From a virus (Duplodnaviria; Caudoviricetes): a DNA stretch of 26,677 bases. Positions 1-7,604 of this stretch are shown here, in pieces; position 1 is the first letter of the stretch, and each line of letters opens with the position of its first letter. The DNA lies in IMG/VR virus record IMGVR_UViG_3300020003_000010, positions 1-26,677 of that record. One strand, given 5' to 3'. The position numbers were made by a program, and so were the translations under genes. The notes beneath the pieces were generated by a model. It ran no database searches. It was not told the DNA's origin and saw nothing but the letters and a program-made list of their open reading frames with translations.

Positions 1-18
1 CGAAAACCGCCATCCCCG

Positions 19-143
19 AGGGTTGGCAGAGGGTTCGGCCCTGACGCGCTAGGGTTATGCTCTCTCTCTAGAGCTCTGTCGTCTATATATTTTCGAGAGA
101 GAGAGAACTCCCTTAACCCTACACCTACCAAACCTAACCCTAG
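19..143. repeat. Origin-like imperfect palindrome
   Basis: AGGGTT at 19, 30, 51 faces AACCCT at 115, 136; CTAGGGTTA (49-57) is the reverse complement of TAACCCTAG (135-143); (CT)n 60-69 and (GA)n 95-106 flank an AT-rich TATATATTTT core. Confidence 0.45.
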
Positions 144-321
144 GAAACAGCCCGTTTCCCCCAAAACCCGAAACCAGGATTGAGGAGGGTCGCCAAGACG
201 GTCACCAGGAGGGCCACCAGTAGGGCAACTGCAGGGTAACATGACGTTAACTCCAAACCGCCCACAGCTCGCCCACTTCGTGGGCTCGCTAAAGCTCCCG
301 GCTTCGCCCGACGCAGTTAAA

Positions 322-353
322 CCGGGCACAGATAAAAAAACATCCCCGCCCCC
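322..353. promoter_or_regulatory. Dyad element copy 1 (CCGGGCACAGAT-N8-ATCCCCGCCCCC)
   Basis: Matches the copies at 5948 and 15787 in arm sequence and 8-nt spacer; most degenerate of the three. Confidence 0.55.
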
Positions 354-458
354 ACTCGCCTCGCTTCGCTCGGCTCGCGAAGCAACCTGGCTCGCTTCCG
401 CTCGCCCCAAGACATTGAATACCGCAAAAATGCATACCAGGGCCAGCAAAATTGCCTA

Positions 459-487
459 TTGCAACCCTACCCCAACCCCACTACAAA
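459..487 (+). promoter_or_regulatory. Putative sigma70-type early promoter
   Basis: TTGCAA-N17-TACAAA, followed by a 6-bp hairpin TCCCCC-ACCAC-GGGGGA (497-513) and the first ORF with a GGAG RBS. Confidence 0.4.
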
Positions 488-536
488 GCACAGTTATCCC
501 CCACCACGGGGGACCACCCACGGAGTCACCCAAACC

Positions 537-722
537 ATGTCCCACCACCGCTCACCACTATCCATTCGCTCCCACCTCGAACACGCCGCATTGATCAAGG
601 AAGGCCTAGCCAAATACGGGCTTTGCCCCGCAATCGAAGACGAGTTAAAACGCTTCTTCTTCATCAACCAAGCAATCCTTCGAGCTGACGACGCACATCG
701 CGCTAAGAGCAAACGTACGTAA
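537..722 (+). CDS. Hypothetical protein (61 aa)
   Basis: ATG at 537 within ORF 459..722, GGAG at 522-525; helical-looking sequence. Confidence 0.6.
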   Translation: MSHHRSPLSIRSHLEHAALIKEGLAKYGLCPAIEDELKRFFFINQAILRADDAHRAKSKRT

Positions 723-761
723 CCACCACCCACCCAGACGGGACCATCCCGGAGCAATCAC

Positions 762-872
762 CTGACCACCACGATCGAAATCTTTCTATGGTTCCTTGAC
801 GGGCTACTCTTAGCATGGCTCATCATGCTACTGTGGCTCGTCAACAACCTCAACACACCAGGCTGCCTCTAA
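762..872 (+). CDS. Possible small membrane peptide (36 aa, CTG start)
   Basis: GGAG at 751-754 then an open frame IEIFLWFLDGLLLAWLIMLLWLV; fills the gap between neighbours but the start codon is non-canonical. Confidence 0.35.
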   Translation: MTTTIEIFLWFLDGLLLAWLIMLLWLVNNLNTPGCL

Positions 873-909
873 TTCACCTCCACCCTCCACCCACCCACCG
901 GAGACTCTA

Positions 910-1599
910 ATGTCCACCGTCCCCGCTTCGCGACCCAGCTCGCTTCGCTCGCCTCCAGAAGCCGCTCTCACCCGCCCGCAACACGACCACATCCTCCTCG
1001 ACGGCTCCGCCTCCATGCAATACAAATGGTGGCCCATGCTCTCCGCCATCGACACCTACATCGCCTCGCTTCGCGAGCAGCAGGTCAACTCCTCCCTCAC
1101 CCTCTCCGTCTTCTCCGGCCACGACCTCGACATGCTCCAACGCGACTGCCACATAAGCGCCTGGACCCCGCTTCGCGAAGCCCCCATCGGCTCCACCTGG
1201 GCCGGAACCCCCCTCTACGACGCCATCAACGTCTCCGGCCGCCGCCTCCGCGACCTCTCCCCGACCCGCGCCTCAATCCTCATCTGCACCGACGGCGACG
1301 AAAACTGCTCCCAATTCACCACCCTCGACCAGGCCAACGCCATCCTCACCTGGATGCGCGCCCTCGGCTGGCAAGTCACCTTCATCGGCTGCGACTTCAA
1401 CAACCAACACCAAGCCAAACTCCTCGGCGGCCAAACCTCCTCCGCCATCGGCATCCAAAAGCACCTTCTAACCGACGCCGCCCAATCCCTCGCCCGCAAA
1501 CGCGCAGCCTACGGCTTTACCGGAGCCCCGATGCATTGGTCCGAAGCCGAACAACAACAGTTCGGCGGCCACCTCGCCCCTCCGGCTTCGCCGAAGTAA
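910..1599 (+). CDS. von Willebrand factor A (vWA) domain protein
   Basis: MIDAS motif LLDGSASM, GTPLYDAI and ILICTDGDEN; GGAG RBS upstream. Confidence 0.9.
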   Translation: MSTVPASRPSSLRSPPEAALTRPQHDHILLDGSASMQYKWWPMLSAIDTYIASLREQQVNSSLTLSVFSGHDLDMLQRDCHISAWTPLREAPIGSTWAGTPLYDAINVSGRRLRDLSPTRASILICTDGDENCSQFTTLDQANAILTWMRALGWQVTFIGCDFNNQHQAKLLGGQTSSAIGIQKHLLTDAAQSLARKRAAYGFTGAPMHWSEAEQQQFGGHLAPPASPK

Positions 1600-1615
1600 G
1601 CAAGGGGCGAAGCCC

Positions 1616-2143
1616 ATGACCGACACCGAAACCCTATCCCAAGCCAAAAGCCTCCAGCTCCTAATCAAGCTGCTCAAAATGACCACCTCATCCACCGACG
1701 GCGAGGCCCTAGCGGCTCTACGAGCCGCCAACAAAACCCTCGCCCGCCTTGGATGGGACTGGGAAAAGCTCCTCCACGGCAAGGTCACCATCGTCGCCGA
1801 CCCCTTCGACCACATCAACGTCCCCCCACCCTCCGCTTCGCGCAGTTACACCCCAACCACTTCGCCCACTCCGCCCCCTCAACCTCCTCCATGGAGCACT
1901 CCTTCTCCTCCACCTCCGCCTCCACAAAGGAACCTCTACGCCGCCCACTGCATCCACTGCTCGACCTTTCTCATCAAAGGCCAAGGCGAACTAACCACTA
2001 TCAACGGCAAGACAAAGGTCATGTGCTGGGGCGCGAAATGCCCACCCAAACCCACCCCGGCTCCACCCCCGGCTCCACCCAAACCCACCTACAAACCCGC
2101 CCCCAAGTCCCGCTACCAAGGCATCTCAACCGAAGACCTCTAA
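1616..2143 (+). CDS. Hypothetical protein, DUF2786-like N-terminal helical hairpin, Pro-rich, CxxC; ends ISTEDL
   Basis: LIKLLKMTTSSTDGEALAALRAA resembles DUF2786; CIHC motif between Pro-rich linkers. Confidence 0.7.
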   Translation: MTDTETLSQAKSLQLLIKLLKMTTSSTDGEALAALRAANKTLARLGWDWEKLLHGKVTIVADPFDHINVPPPSASRSYTPTTSPTPPPQPPPWSTPSPPPPPPQRNLYAAHCIHCSTFLIKGQGELTTINGKTKVMCWGAKCPPKPTPAPPPAPPKPTYKPAPKSRYQGISTEDL

Positions 2144-2158
2144 AAGGAACCCCACCCC

Positions 2159-2551
2159 ATGTCTTCCACCTCCCCTCGCTTCCACATCGTCACCTTCCTC
2201 GTCCCCGAGGATCTCCTCTCCTCCGTCCTCGCCGTCCTCAACCCCCAAGTCCGTCTCCTCTCAGTCAAACCCCAAGACCCTCCTCCAGAAGCCCCACCCC
2301 CCGCTTCGCGGACCCACCATTATCAGAACGGCAAACGCAACAAAGGTATCAAGGGCGAGGACCTCGTCTTCACCACACTCGCCCTCTCAACCGTCCCCAC
2401 TCCCCGCTCCAAACTCGAAGACTCCTTCAAATCCCACGGCTTCTCCCCAAACTCTCTAAGCCCAATCATCTCCAAACTCAAGACCACCGGCCTAATTTCC
2501 GAGCCCTCTCCAAACCACTTCTTCAAAACCCCAGGCCCAGGAGTCCTCTAA
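2159..2551 (+). CDS. Hypothetical protein, possible winged-helix DNA-binding domain
   Basis: AAGGAA RBS; C-terminal SLSPIISKLKTTGLISEPSPNHF resembles a wHTH recognition helix plus wing. Confidence 0.65.
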   Translation: MSSTSPRFHIVTFLVPEDLLSSVLAVLNPQVRLLSVKPQDPPPEAPPPASRTHHYQNGKRNKGIKGEDLVFTTLALSTVPTPRSKLEDSFKSHGFSPNSLSPIISKLKTTGLISEPSPNHFFKTPGPGVL

Positions 2552-3054
2552 TGTCTTCTCTCGGCAACACCAACCCGCTTCGCGAAGCGTCGCTCCGCGA
2601 AACGACTGCGCGCAGCGGTGAAGCGGCCCCCCACGCCTACATTATCCACAAGAAGCGTCAACTCTGCACCACCTGCTCCTCCCTCCACGAATGGTCTGAG
2701 ATCTACGCCAAGACCTCTCTCCGTTCCAACTGGGGTCACAAATCCGTCACGAACCTTCGCCCCATCCGCTCGCGGAACGACGTCCTCTACAATCTACCCA
2801 TCGAAGTAATAACTTTCGAACCACAAACCGTCCTCTTCTGCCACGTCTGTCACGACACCGAATCCGATCACGGCGGCATCCTTCGCCACCTCCCGCCACC
2901 TCCTGCCAAGCCCCTCACCTCACCCCCATCCTGGGTCGGCCAAGGTCACGGCGAAACACCAACGGAGCTAGGTCGCAAAGCCGCTCTTGGCGGGGCGCGG
3001 CCACCCGGGCTTCGCCCGAAGGACACGAAGGCCGCAACCATCGACGACCTCTAA
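2551..3054 (+). CDS. Putative zinc-binding protein (167 aa); ends AATIDDL
   Basis: True start is probably ATG 2551 (TAATG overlap, AGGAG RBS) inside ORF 1753..3054; CTTC and CHVC pairs. Confidence 0.75.
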   Translation: MSSLGNTNPLREASLRETTARSGEAAPHAYIIHKKRQLCTTCSSLHEWSEIYAKTSLRSNWGHKSVTNLRPIRSRNDVLYNLPIEVITFEPQTVLFCHVCHDTESDHGGILRHLPPPPAKPLTSPPSWVGQGHGETPTELGRKAALGGARPPGLRPKDTKAATIDDL

Positions 3055-3089
3055 GCGAGCTGAGCGAGCTTCAAGAAGGAGACCACTTC

Positions 3090-3566
3090 ATGACCACCTA
3101 TCCCTCCGACAAACAATCCGAACGAGACTTCGTCGACACTCTCCTCGCCTCCGAGATCCCCCAATTCCAGAAGGCCCTCATCACCCCTCACACCGCCCTT
3201 TCCACTCGCGTCGGCAACCTCGCGAGCGCCGTCATTTCCCTCACCTTCCTACCCCGGTTCACCACCTACTATTCCGAACTCTGTCTCTACCGTTCCCTCG
3301 ACCTCGACGACCTCTTCTCCCGCTGTCGTCACAAGTTCACCGAGGCCGAAACCGAAGAATCTAATCGTCTTATCCCCCTCTTCCTCTTCCACTACACCTT
3401 CAACCCCGGCTACGCCGCCGGCTGCGCCGAAGAGCCTCCACCTTCCATCTTCAAAACCTTCCACTGGGCCGTCCTCGACTACGAAATCCGCTGGCCGGCC
3501 GCACCACGAAGTATCCAAGCTCTCGTCCTCTCCCGCCTCTCCCACTTCGAAAAGGAATTCTCATGA
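3090..3566 (+). CDS. Hypothetical protein
   Basis: AAGGAG RBS, 158-aa ORF, ATGA overlap with the next gene. Confidence 0.75.
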   Translation: MTTYPSDKQSERDFVDTLLASEIPQFQKALITPHTALSTRVGNLASAVISLTFLPRFTTYYSELCLYRSLDLDDLFSRCRHKFTEAETEESNRLIPLFLFHYTFNPGYAAGCAEEPPPSIFKTFHWAVLDYEIRWPAAPRSIQALVLSRLSHFEKEFS

Positions 3567-4045
3567 ACATCTTCCGCCGCGATTCGCGAAACGACCCACC
3601 CATCTCCGACTACGCCCCCGCCCCACGCCGCGAACGCACCGCTTCGCGAACCGACGAAGCCCCTCGCGAAGCGCCACCCTCTTTTATCACACCCAGTCCA
3701 ATCAATCCGCCCATCCGTTCCCTAAGCGAAGCCGCCGGGCTCGCCGCCCAACACGTTATTGAGCTCGAACACAGGCTCGAGTCCAAGACAGCCGAACTCG
3801 CCAAACTCGAATCCTCTTATTCCGTAATGGAGCAATCGAACACGATCCTCCACGAAGAACTCCATCAACTCAAGAGCGAGAACGAACACCTCCGCGACCG
3901 AAACGTCGAAATCATGACTCGCCTCCAGGTCGCCGCCCGAACCCTCTTAGACATCGCTTCGCCGGCTTCGCCGCTCGAAGACCCGCTTCACGAAGACCCC
4001 GGCTTCGTCCACCCTCACCCCTCAACCCCAAAGGACATGACATGA
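3563..4045 (+). CDS. Coiled-coil protein
   Basis: Heptad pattern LEHRLESKTAELAKLESS...LHQLKSENEHLRDRN; coupled to both neighbours by ATGA. Confidence 0.75.
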   Translation: MNIFRRDSRNDPPISDYAPAPRRERTASRTDEAPREAPPSFITPSPINPPIRSLSEAAGLAAQHVIELEHRLESKTAELAKLESSYSVMEQSNTILHEELHQLKSENEHLRDRNVEIMTRLQVAARTLLDIASPASPLEDPLHEDPGFVHPHPSTPKDMT

Positions 4046-4179
4046 ACGCTTCACCGACTTCGCCGCGCAGCGGCGGGGCTTCGCCAGCCCTTATCGTCCT
4101 CGTCGCAGGGACCCTAATCACGGCTACGTTCACCACCTCCCTCACCCTAATCCTGTTTACCTTCCCCGGAGCCTTCTGA
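4042..4179 (+). CDS. Small single-pass membrane protein (45 aa; not in the ORF track)
   Basis: ATGA overlap upstream and TGATG overlap downstream, AAGGA RBS; MNASPTSPRSGGASPALIVLVAGTLITATFTTSLTLILFTFPGAF. Confidence 0.65.
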   Translation: MNASPTSPRSGGASPALIVLVAGTLITATFTTSLTLILFTFPGAF

Positions 4180-4445
4180 TGAAAATCCTCCTAACTCTTC
4201 ATCGAAACTTCACCGTTGACACCGATACATGGGGCAACGGAGACCCCGTTCACGATGCCCTCTGCAACATCCGCGCCGTTGACACAGCAAACCCAACCGA
4301 AGCCGAACTGAAGGATGCGGTTCGTCAAATGCTCGAAGAAGACATAGAAGCCGTGATCGGCAACCTCGACCTCGATTACACAGACTTCACCATCAATATC
4401 GAAGACCCAAGCTCAAGGTACTATCGCGAAGAATATTGCGACTAA
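4179..4445 (+). CDS. Acidic hypothetical protein
   Basis: GGAG RBS, 88 aa, D/E-rich. Confidence 0.7.
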   Translation: MKILLTLHRNFTVDTDTWGNGDPVHDALCNIRAVDTANPTEAELKDAVRQMLEEDIEAVIGNLDLDYTDFTINIEDPSSRYYREEYCD

Positions 4446-4484
4446 CCTGCGCTTCGGTGAAGCGGATGAAGACGAGGAAGCCAA

Positions 4485-4745
4485 ATGACCTCCACCACCC
4501 ACACCCGCATCTTCAACCTCCTAACATCCCGTGTCGACCCAGAATACCACATTCGACGCTCGAAAGACTCAAAGGGCGAATGGCACATCGACAAGACCAT
4601 CATCGGTTACCGCGTCGTCCTCATTTCCGGCCTCTCCTTTATTCTGGGTCCGGACGATGCCGACTTCGCCCGCGTCGGCGAACCCATAACCCTCACCCTC
4701 TCCAACAAATCCCCCCGCCCCGCTGCGCGAAGCGAGGACAAATGA
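4485..4745 (+). CDS. Hypothetical protein
   Basis: GAGGAA RBS, 86 aa, beta-rich appearance. Confidence 0.7.
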   Translation: MTSTTHTRIFNLLTSRVDPEYHIRRSKDSKGEWHIDKTIIGYRVVLISGLSFILGPDDADFARVGEPITLTLSNKSPRPAARSEDK

Positions 4746-5110
4746 AAGAGAAATACCACGCCTCGAAAAGCAGAGCCCGCAAAGCCTACTATATCCGCTG
4801 GAAGCACGATCCCACGAAGCGGACCATGAAGCGAATCACCGACGCCGCTTATAAGAAGCGTCATCGCCCCGCCCTCACCTACCAGCAGAAGCTCCATCGC
4901 GTCGGTATCAAAATCTCAATAGATGAAGCCAGGAGAATCCTCTCATGTCCAACAGACCTATCAGTGAGATGTCTGATGAAGAGCTTGTCCTCCAATACGA
5001 CATCTGGTGTACTATCCACCAACTCTCTCACGCCTCCATCACCATCTCCGCTTCGCGAAGCGAACTCGATCGCATCTGCGACGACGCGGAACGGCGTGGA
5101 CTCTTCTTGA
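4742..5110 (+). CDS. Basic hypothetical protein, possibly a nuclease-gene remnant
   Basis: ATGA overlap and GAGGA RBS; K/R/Y-rich N-half; the 3' part overlaps 4945..5151 by 166 nt and looks like read-through. Confidence 0.4.
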   Translation: MKEKYHASKSRARKAYYIRWKHDPTKRTMKRITDAAYKKRHRPALTYQQKLHRVGIKISIDEARRILSCPTDLSVRCLMKSLSSNTTSGVLSTNSLTPPSPSPLREANSIASATTRNGVDSS

Positions 5111-5151
5111 AGAATCCCTTCTTCACCCACAAAGGGACGCAAGAGCTATGA
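4945..5151 (+). CDS. Hypothetical protein
   Basis: AGGAG RBS at 4931-4935; 68 aa. Confidence 0.65.
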   Translation: MSNRPISEMSDEELVLQYDIWCTIHQLSHASITISASRSELDRICDDAERRGLFLKNPFFTHKGTQEL

Positions 5152-5210
5152 AACTCGTCATCCTCGAATCTCCCGAAGAACTCCTCCGTTCCAAGATAGA
5201 AAGATCCTGA
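5148..5210 (+). pseudogene. 20-codon ORF, possible truncated gene (MKLVILESP...)
   Basis: ATGA-coupled start and stop abutting the next ATG; the N-terminus resembles longer phage proteins starting MxLVILESP (from recollection). Confidence 0.3.
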
Positions 5211-5453
5211 ATGACCTCAAGGCCGCAGAAGCAAACTCGTCGAGCCTCAGTCATCGAGGTCTTGACCAACATCCTTGTCGGTTACATACTTCAGGTTTAT
5301 ATCCTGTATCTTGTAGCTCCGTTATTTAACTTCTCGATCTCAATCACCTCCAGCGCCGGCATTGGTACCATCATGACGGTGACATCCGTCCTCCGTCAAT
5401 TCTCCCTGCGTCGTTTCTTCGAAGCGATGCGTTACTATGGAATGCTCCCATGA
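5211..5453 (+). CDS. Small two-TM phage membrane protein
   Basis: QTRRASVIEVLTNILVGY...SVLRQFSLRRFF, a common phage membrane protein pattern with two hydrophobic segments. Confidence 0.75.
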   Translation: MTSRPQKQTRRASVIEVLTNILVGYILQVYILYLVAPLFNFSISITSSAGIGTIMTVTSVLRQFSLRRFFEAMRYYGMLP

Positions 5454-5878
5454 CCTCCTCCCCCCGCTCCATCGACGCCTTCGGCCCCGAGATCCTCTCG
5501 GCCCTGACCCACGGGGCGAGGGAGGAAATCAAGCTTCCGCTATCTTATCGCAACGCGGTCTACTTCCGCTCCCGCCTCCACCAACTCCGCGCCGTCATGC
5601 GCGAGACGAAGCACCCTCTCGCTTCTCTCGTCGTCAAGACCCGCATCTCGATCGACTGGGACACAGACAAACACCAGACCCTCTACACCCGCCGGAAGGC
5701 ACCATATCCAGTCGACCGCAATATCCCCGTCACTCTCACCATTCGTCCTCACGACTCCGACTTCACTTCCGTCCTTAAAGCCGCCGGCGTCGACGTCGAC
5801 AAAGCGGAAGATATCGAGATCACCAGCTCTTCACCTTCCTCCGACCCACTCGAAGCCTTCTTCGAGACCAAGGAATGA
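5450..5878 (+). CDS. Hypothetical protein
   Basis: 142-aa ORF, ATGA overlap, basic core with acidic tail. Confidence 0.75.
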   Translation: MTSSPRSIDAFGPEILSALTHGAREEIKLPLSYRNAVYFRSRLHQLRAVMRETKHPLASLVVKTRISIDWDTDKHQTLYTRRKAPYPVDRNIPVTLTIRPHDSDFTSVLKAAGVDVDKAEDIEITSSSPSSDPLEAFFETKE

Positions 5879-5910
5879 CTTCGGGCGCAGCCCGGGGTCA
5901 AATTTTTCCC

Positions 5911-5939
5911 TTGCATCGTCTGGGAAAAACCGCTATAGT
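5911..5939 (+). promoter_or_regulatory. sigma70-type promoter with an inverted repeat around the -35 box
   Basis: TTGCAT-N17-TATAGT in an intergenic gap; TTTTTCCC (5903-5910) and GGGAAAAA (5922-5929) bracket the -35. Confidence 0.75.
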
Positions 5940-5947
5940 CGTATTTT

Positions 5948-5979
5948 GGGGGCGCAGATACCACTTTATCTCCGCCCCC
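5948..5979. promoter_or_regulatory. Dyad element copy 2 (GGGGGCGCAGAT-N8-ATCTCCGCCCCC)
   Basis: 11/12 inverted repeat starting at about the predicted transcription start. Confidence 0.7.
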
Positions 5980-6067
5980 TTTCCACCCTTCGCGAAGCGA
6001 CCCCTCTCGAGGCCACAATGATCGACGCCCCTCCAAACACGACCTTTATCGAGACTGGAAGCTTTCG

Positions 6068-6253
6068 ATGCCCGCCACCCTCGCCGGCGCGATCGAGTGG
6101 AAGCTCATGGACCCTATCCACCGCAAGCCCATCTACGGCGCCCGCCAAAGGCTTCTGACGTCGCTCTTAGAGTTCTGGCTTGCCCGCGAGCATGGCCAAC
6201 CTCTCCCCGAAATCCCCACCCTCGACGAGCTTCGCCGGGAGTTCCTCCAATGA
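6068..6253 (+). CDS. Putative ribbon-helix-helix-like regulator (start uncertain)
   Basis: Upstream in-frame codons read DRRPSKHDLYRDWKLS then MPATLAGAIE...YGARQRLLTSLLEFWL, a strand-helix-helix pattern; first gene after the promoter. Confidence 0.55.
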   Translation: MPATLAGAIEWKLMDPIHRKPIYGARQRLLTSLLEFWLAREHGQPLPEIPTLDELRREFLQ

Positions 6254-6278
6254 TCGACAGACAAAAGGAGAAAGCGTC

Positions 6279-6536
6279 TTGACCACCCAAGCCAAAGCCA
6301 TGGATTCTTTCGGCCTCGGAGAGCTTTCGCCAGCCGAACTCGAAAACGAGCGCGGCCGTATGATCCAGTCAATGCTCGACATCTATAAGACCTATGACAA
6401 CCCCGACATCCCCGAGGAACTCCTCACCCGTCTCGCTTTCATTACTGGCTCTCTCCGTCGTAAGACCGCCGGGCCGCCGAAAGCGACCAAGCCATCCCGC
6501 GTGAAATCTTCCGCGGCAACCGTAGACGATCTCTGA
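6279..6536 (+). CDS. Hypothetical protein (85 aa); ends AATVDDL
   Basis: AGGAG at 6266-6270 then TTG 6279, in frame with ORF 6180..6536; TGATG overlap with the next gene. Confidence 0.7.
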   Translation: MTTQAKAMDSFGLGELSPAELENERGRMIQSMLDIYKTYDNPDIPEELLTRLAFITGSLRRKTAGPPKATKPSRVKSSAATVDDL

Positions 6537-6736
6537 TGCGCTTCGACCCTTGCCTCTGTCTCGACTTCGAGTTGCGCGGGCAAATTTACGAAATCTGGAA
6601 CGACCCCATGCATTCAAGTAATCGGTGCCTCGTAGACCCGCGCAAGCGTGAGGTCGTCGATACCGACCATGCTTTCGACCCACCACTTTCGAATGAAGAA
6701 TTGCTGAACATCTATGACTACGGAAAAGGATATTGA
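6536..6736 (+). CDS. Hypothetical protein
   Basis: 66 aa, translationally coupled. Confidence 0.6.
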   Translation: MRFDPCLCLDFELRGQIYEIWNDPMHSSNRCLVDPRKREVVDTDHAFDPPLSNEELLNIYDYGKGY

Positions 6737-6739
6737 GCG

Positions 6740-7312
6740 ATGAAAAACCTCTCCCTTCCCCGCTTCACCTTCCTCCTCGGCTCCACCGACCTAGCCCGCT
6801 ACGATCTGGCGAAAGCCCTCGTCGCCTCGACCTTTAATTCGGTCTACGTCGGCGACCTAGACACCCCGATCCTAAACGGGATCACAGGTATGTTTTACGA
6901 CTGCAACGTCTTGAAAGATCTCGACGCCGTTCCCGACGAGGTCCTTCCCGGAACAGCGTCCACCACCGTCCGCGACATGTACCACGGACTCTTGAAGCTT
7001 CTCCGTCAAAGTCTCGGCGCCACCGCCCTCGGTCAGCTCGCTCTCGTCGATCACCGTTCCAACCTTGATCTCTTCGACAACTTCATCTACCGCGACCTTA
7101 ATCAAATGACCGACGTCCTTCCCTTCATGAACCAAGACGCCGGCTTCAACCCCAAGAACGTCCTCATCATTAACCTCGGTGAACTTAAGAGCCATAATCT
7201 CGTTGGTCCCGCTTACATCTGGCTTCCAGTCCCTGAAGTCTCAACCCAGATACTCATAATTGAGAAGGAACTCATCATACTCCGCAGAACTGGAGTGCTC
7301 AATGGGTCTTGA
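6740..7312 (+). CDS. Degenerate deoxynucleoside monophosphate kinase-like protein
   Basis: Motif order FLLGSTDLARYDLA / DLDTPI / TVRDMY..L...RQSLG / FIYRDL parallels phage dNMP kinases, but the P-loop GK is missing. Confidence 0.5.
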   Translation: MKNLSLPRFTFLLGSTDLARYDLAKALVASTFNSVYVGDLDTPILNGITGMFYDCNVLKDLDAVPDEVLPGTASTTVRDMYHGLLKLLRQSLGATALGQLALVDHRSNLDLFDNFIYRDLNQMTDVLPFMNQDAGFNPKNVLIINLGELKSHNLVGPAYIWLPVPEVSTQILIIEKELIILRRTGVLNGS

Positions 7313-7388
7313 AGAACTCGGCGCAATCTTCCTTCTCATCCTGATCCTCTCAGCCATCGAATGGATAATCTTCGGTGACGAAAGCTGA
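7302..7388 (+). CDS. Small membrane peptide (28 aa; not in the ORF track)
   Basis: GGAG RBS at 7292-7295; MGLEELGAIFLLILILSAIEWIIFGDES. Confidence 0.5.
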   Translation: MGLEELGAIFLLILILSAIEWIIFGDES

Positions 7389-7590
7389 ACGAACCTACCG
7401 ATGGGCTACGAGACGGGTCGGTAACGACGGCTTCGTCATGGAATACTACCAAGAACCATCCGGCTCCTGGAAATACAACTCCTTCGGCCCCATGCCTCCC
7501 TCCATCGTCCTGACTTTCGTCGAAATGCGTCGCCGCGTCGTCGCCATCGCCATGAAAGAACGGGGCGCCAACTACGTCCTCAATCACTAG
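7375..7590 (+). CDS. Hypothetical protein
   Basis: 71 aa, GTG start, fills the gap before the exonuclease. Confidence 0.6.
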   Translation: MTKAERTYRWATRRVGNDGFVMEYYQEPSGSWKYNSFGPMPPSIVLTFVEMRRRVVAIAMKERGANYVLNH

Positions 7591-7604
7591 AAGGAACACC
7601 GTCC

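Noticed and set aside
49-143. TAACCCT/AGGGTTA as eukaryotic telomeric repeats
   Set aside because: Copies are dispersed and inverted rather than tandem, in a clearly phage context.
241-594. 117-aa ORF at the window start
   Set aside because: Low complexity, runs through hairpins, the dyad element and the putative promoter; no clear RBS.
2042-2089. Short tandem repeats CCCCGGCTCCAC and CCACCCAAACCCACC
   Set aside because: Explained by the Pro-rich linker PPKPTPAPPPAPPKPT.
1753-2550. 5' part of the 433-aa ORF 1753..3054
   Set aside because: Shadow frame over two better genes; only the part from ATG 2551 has an RBS and protein-like composition.
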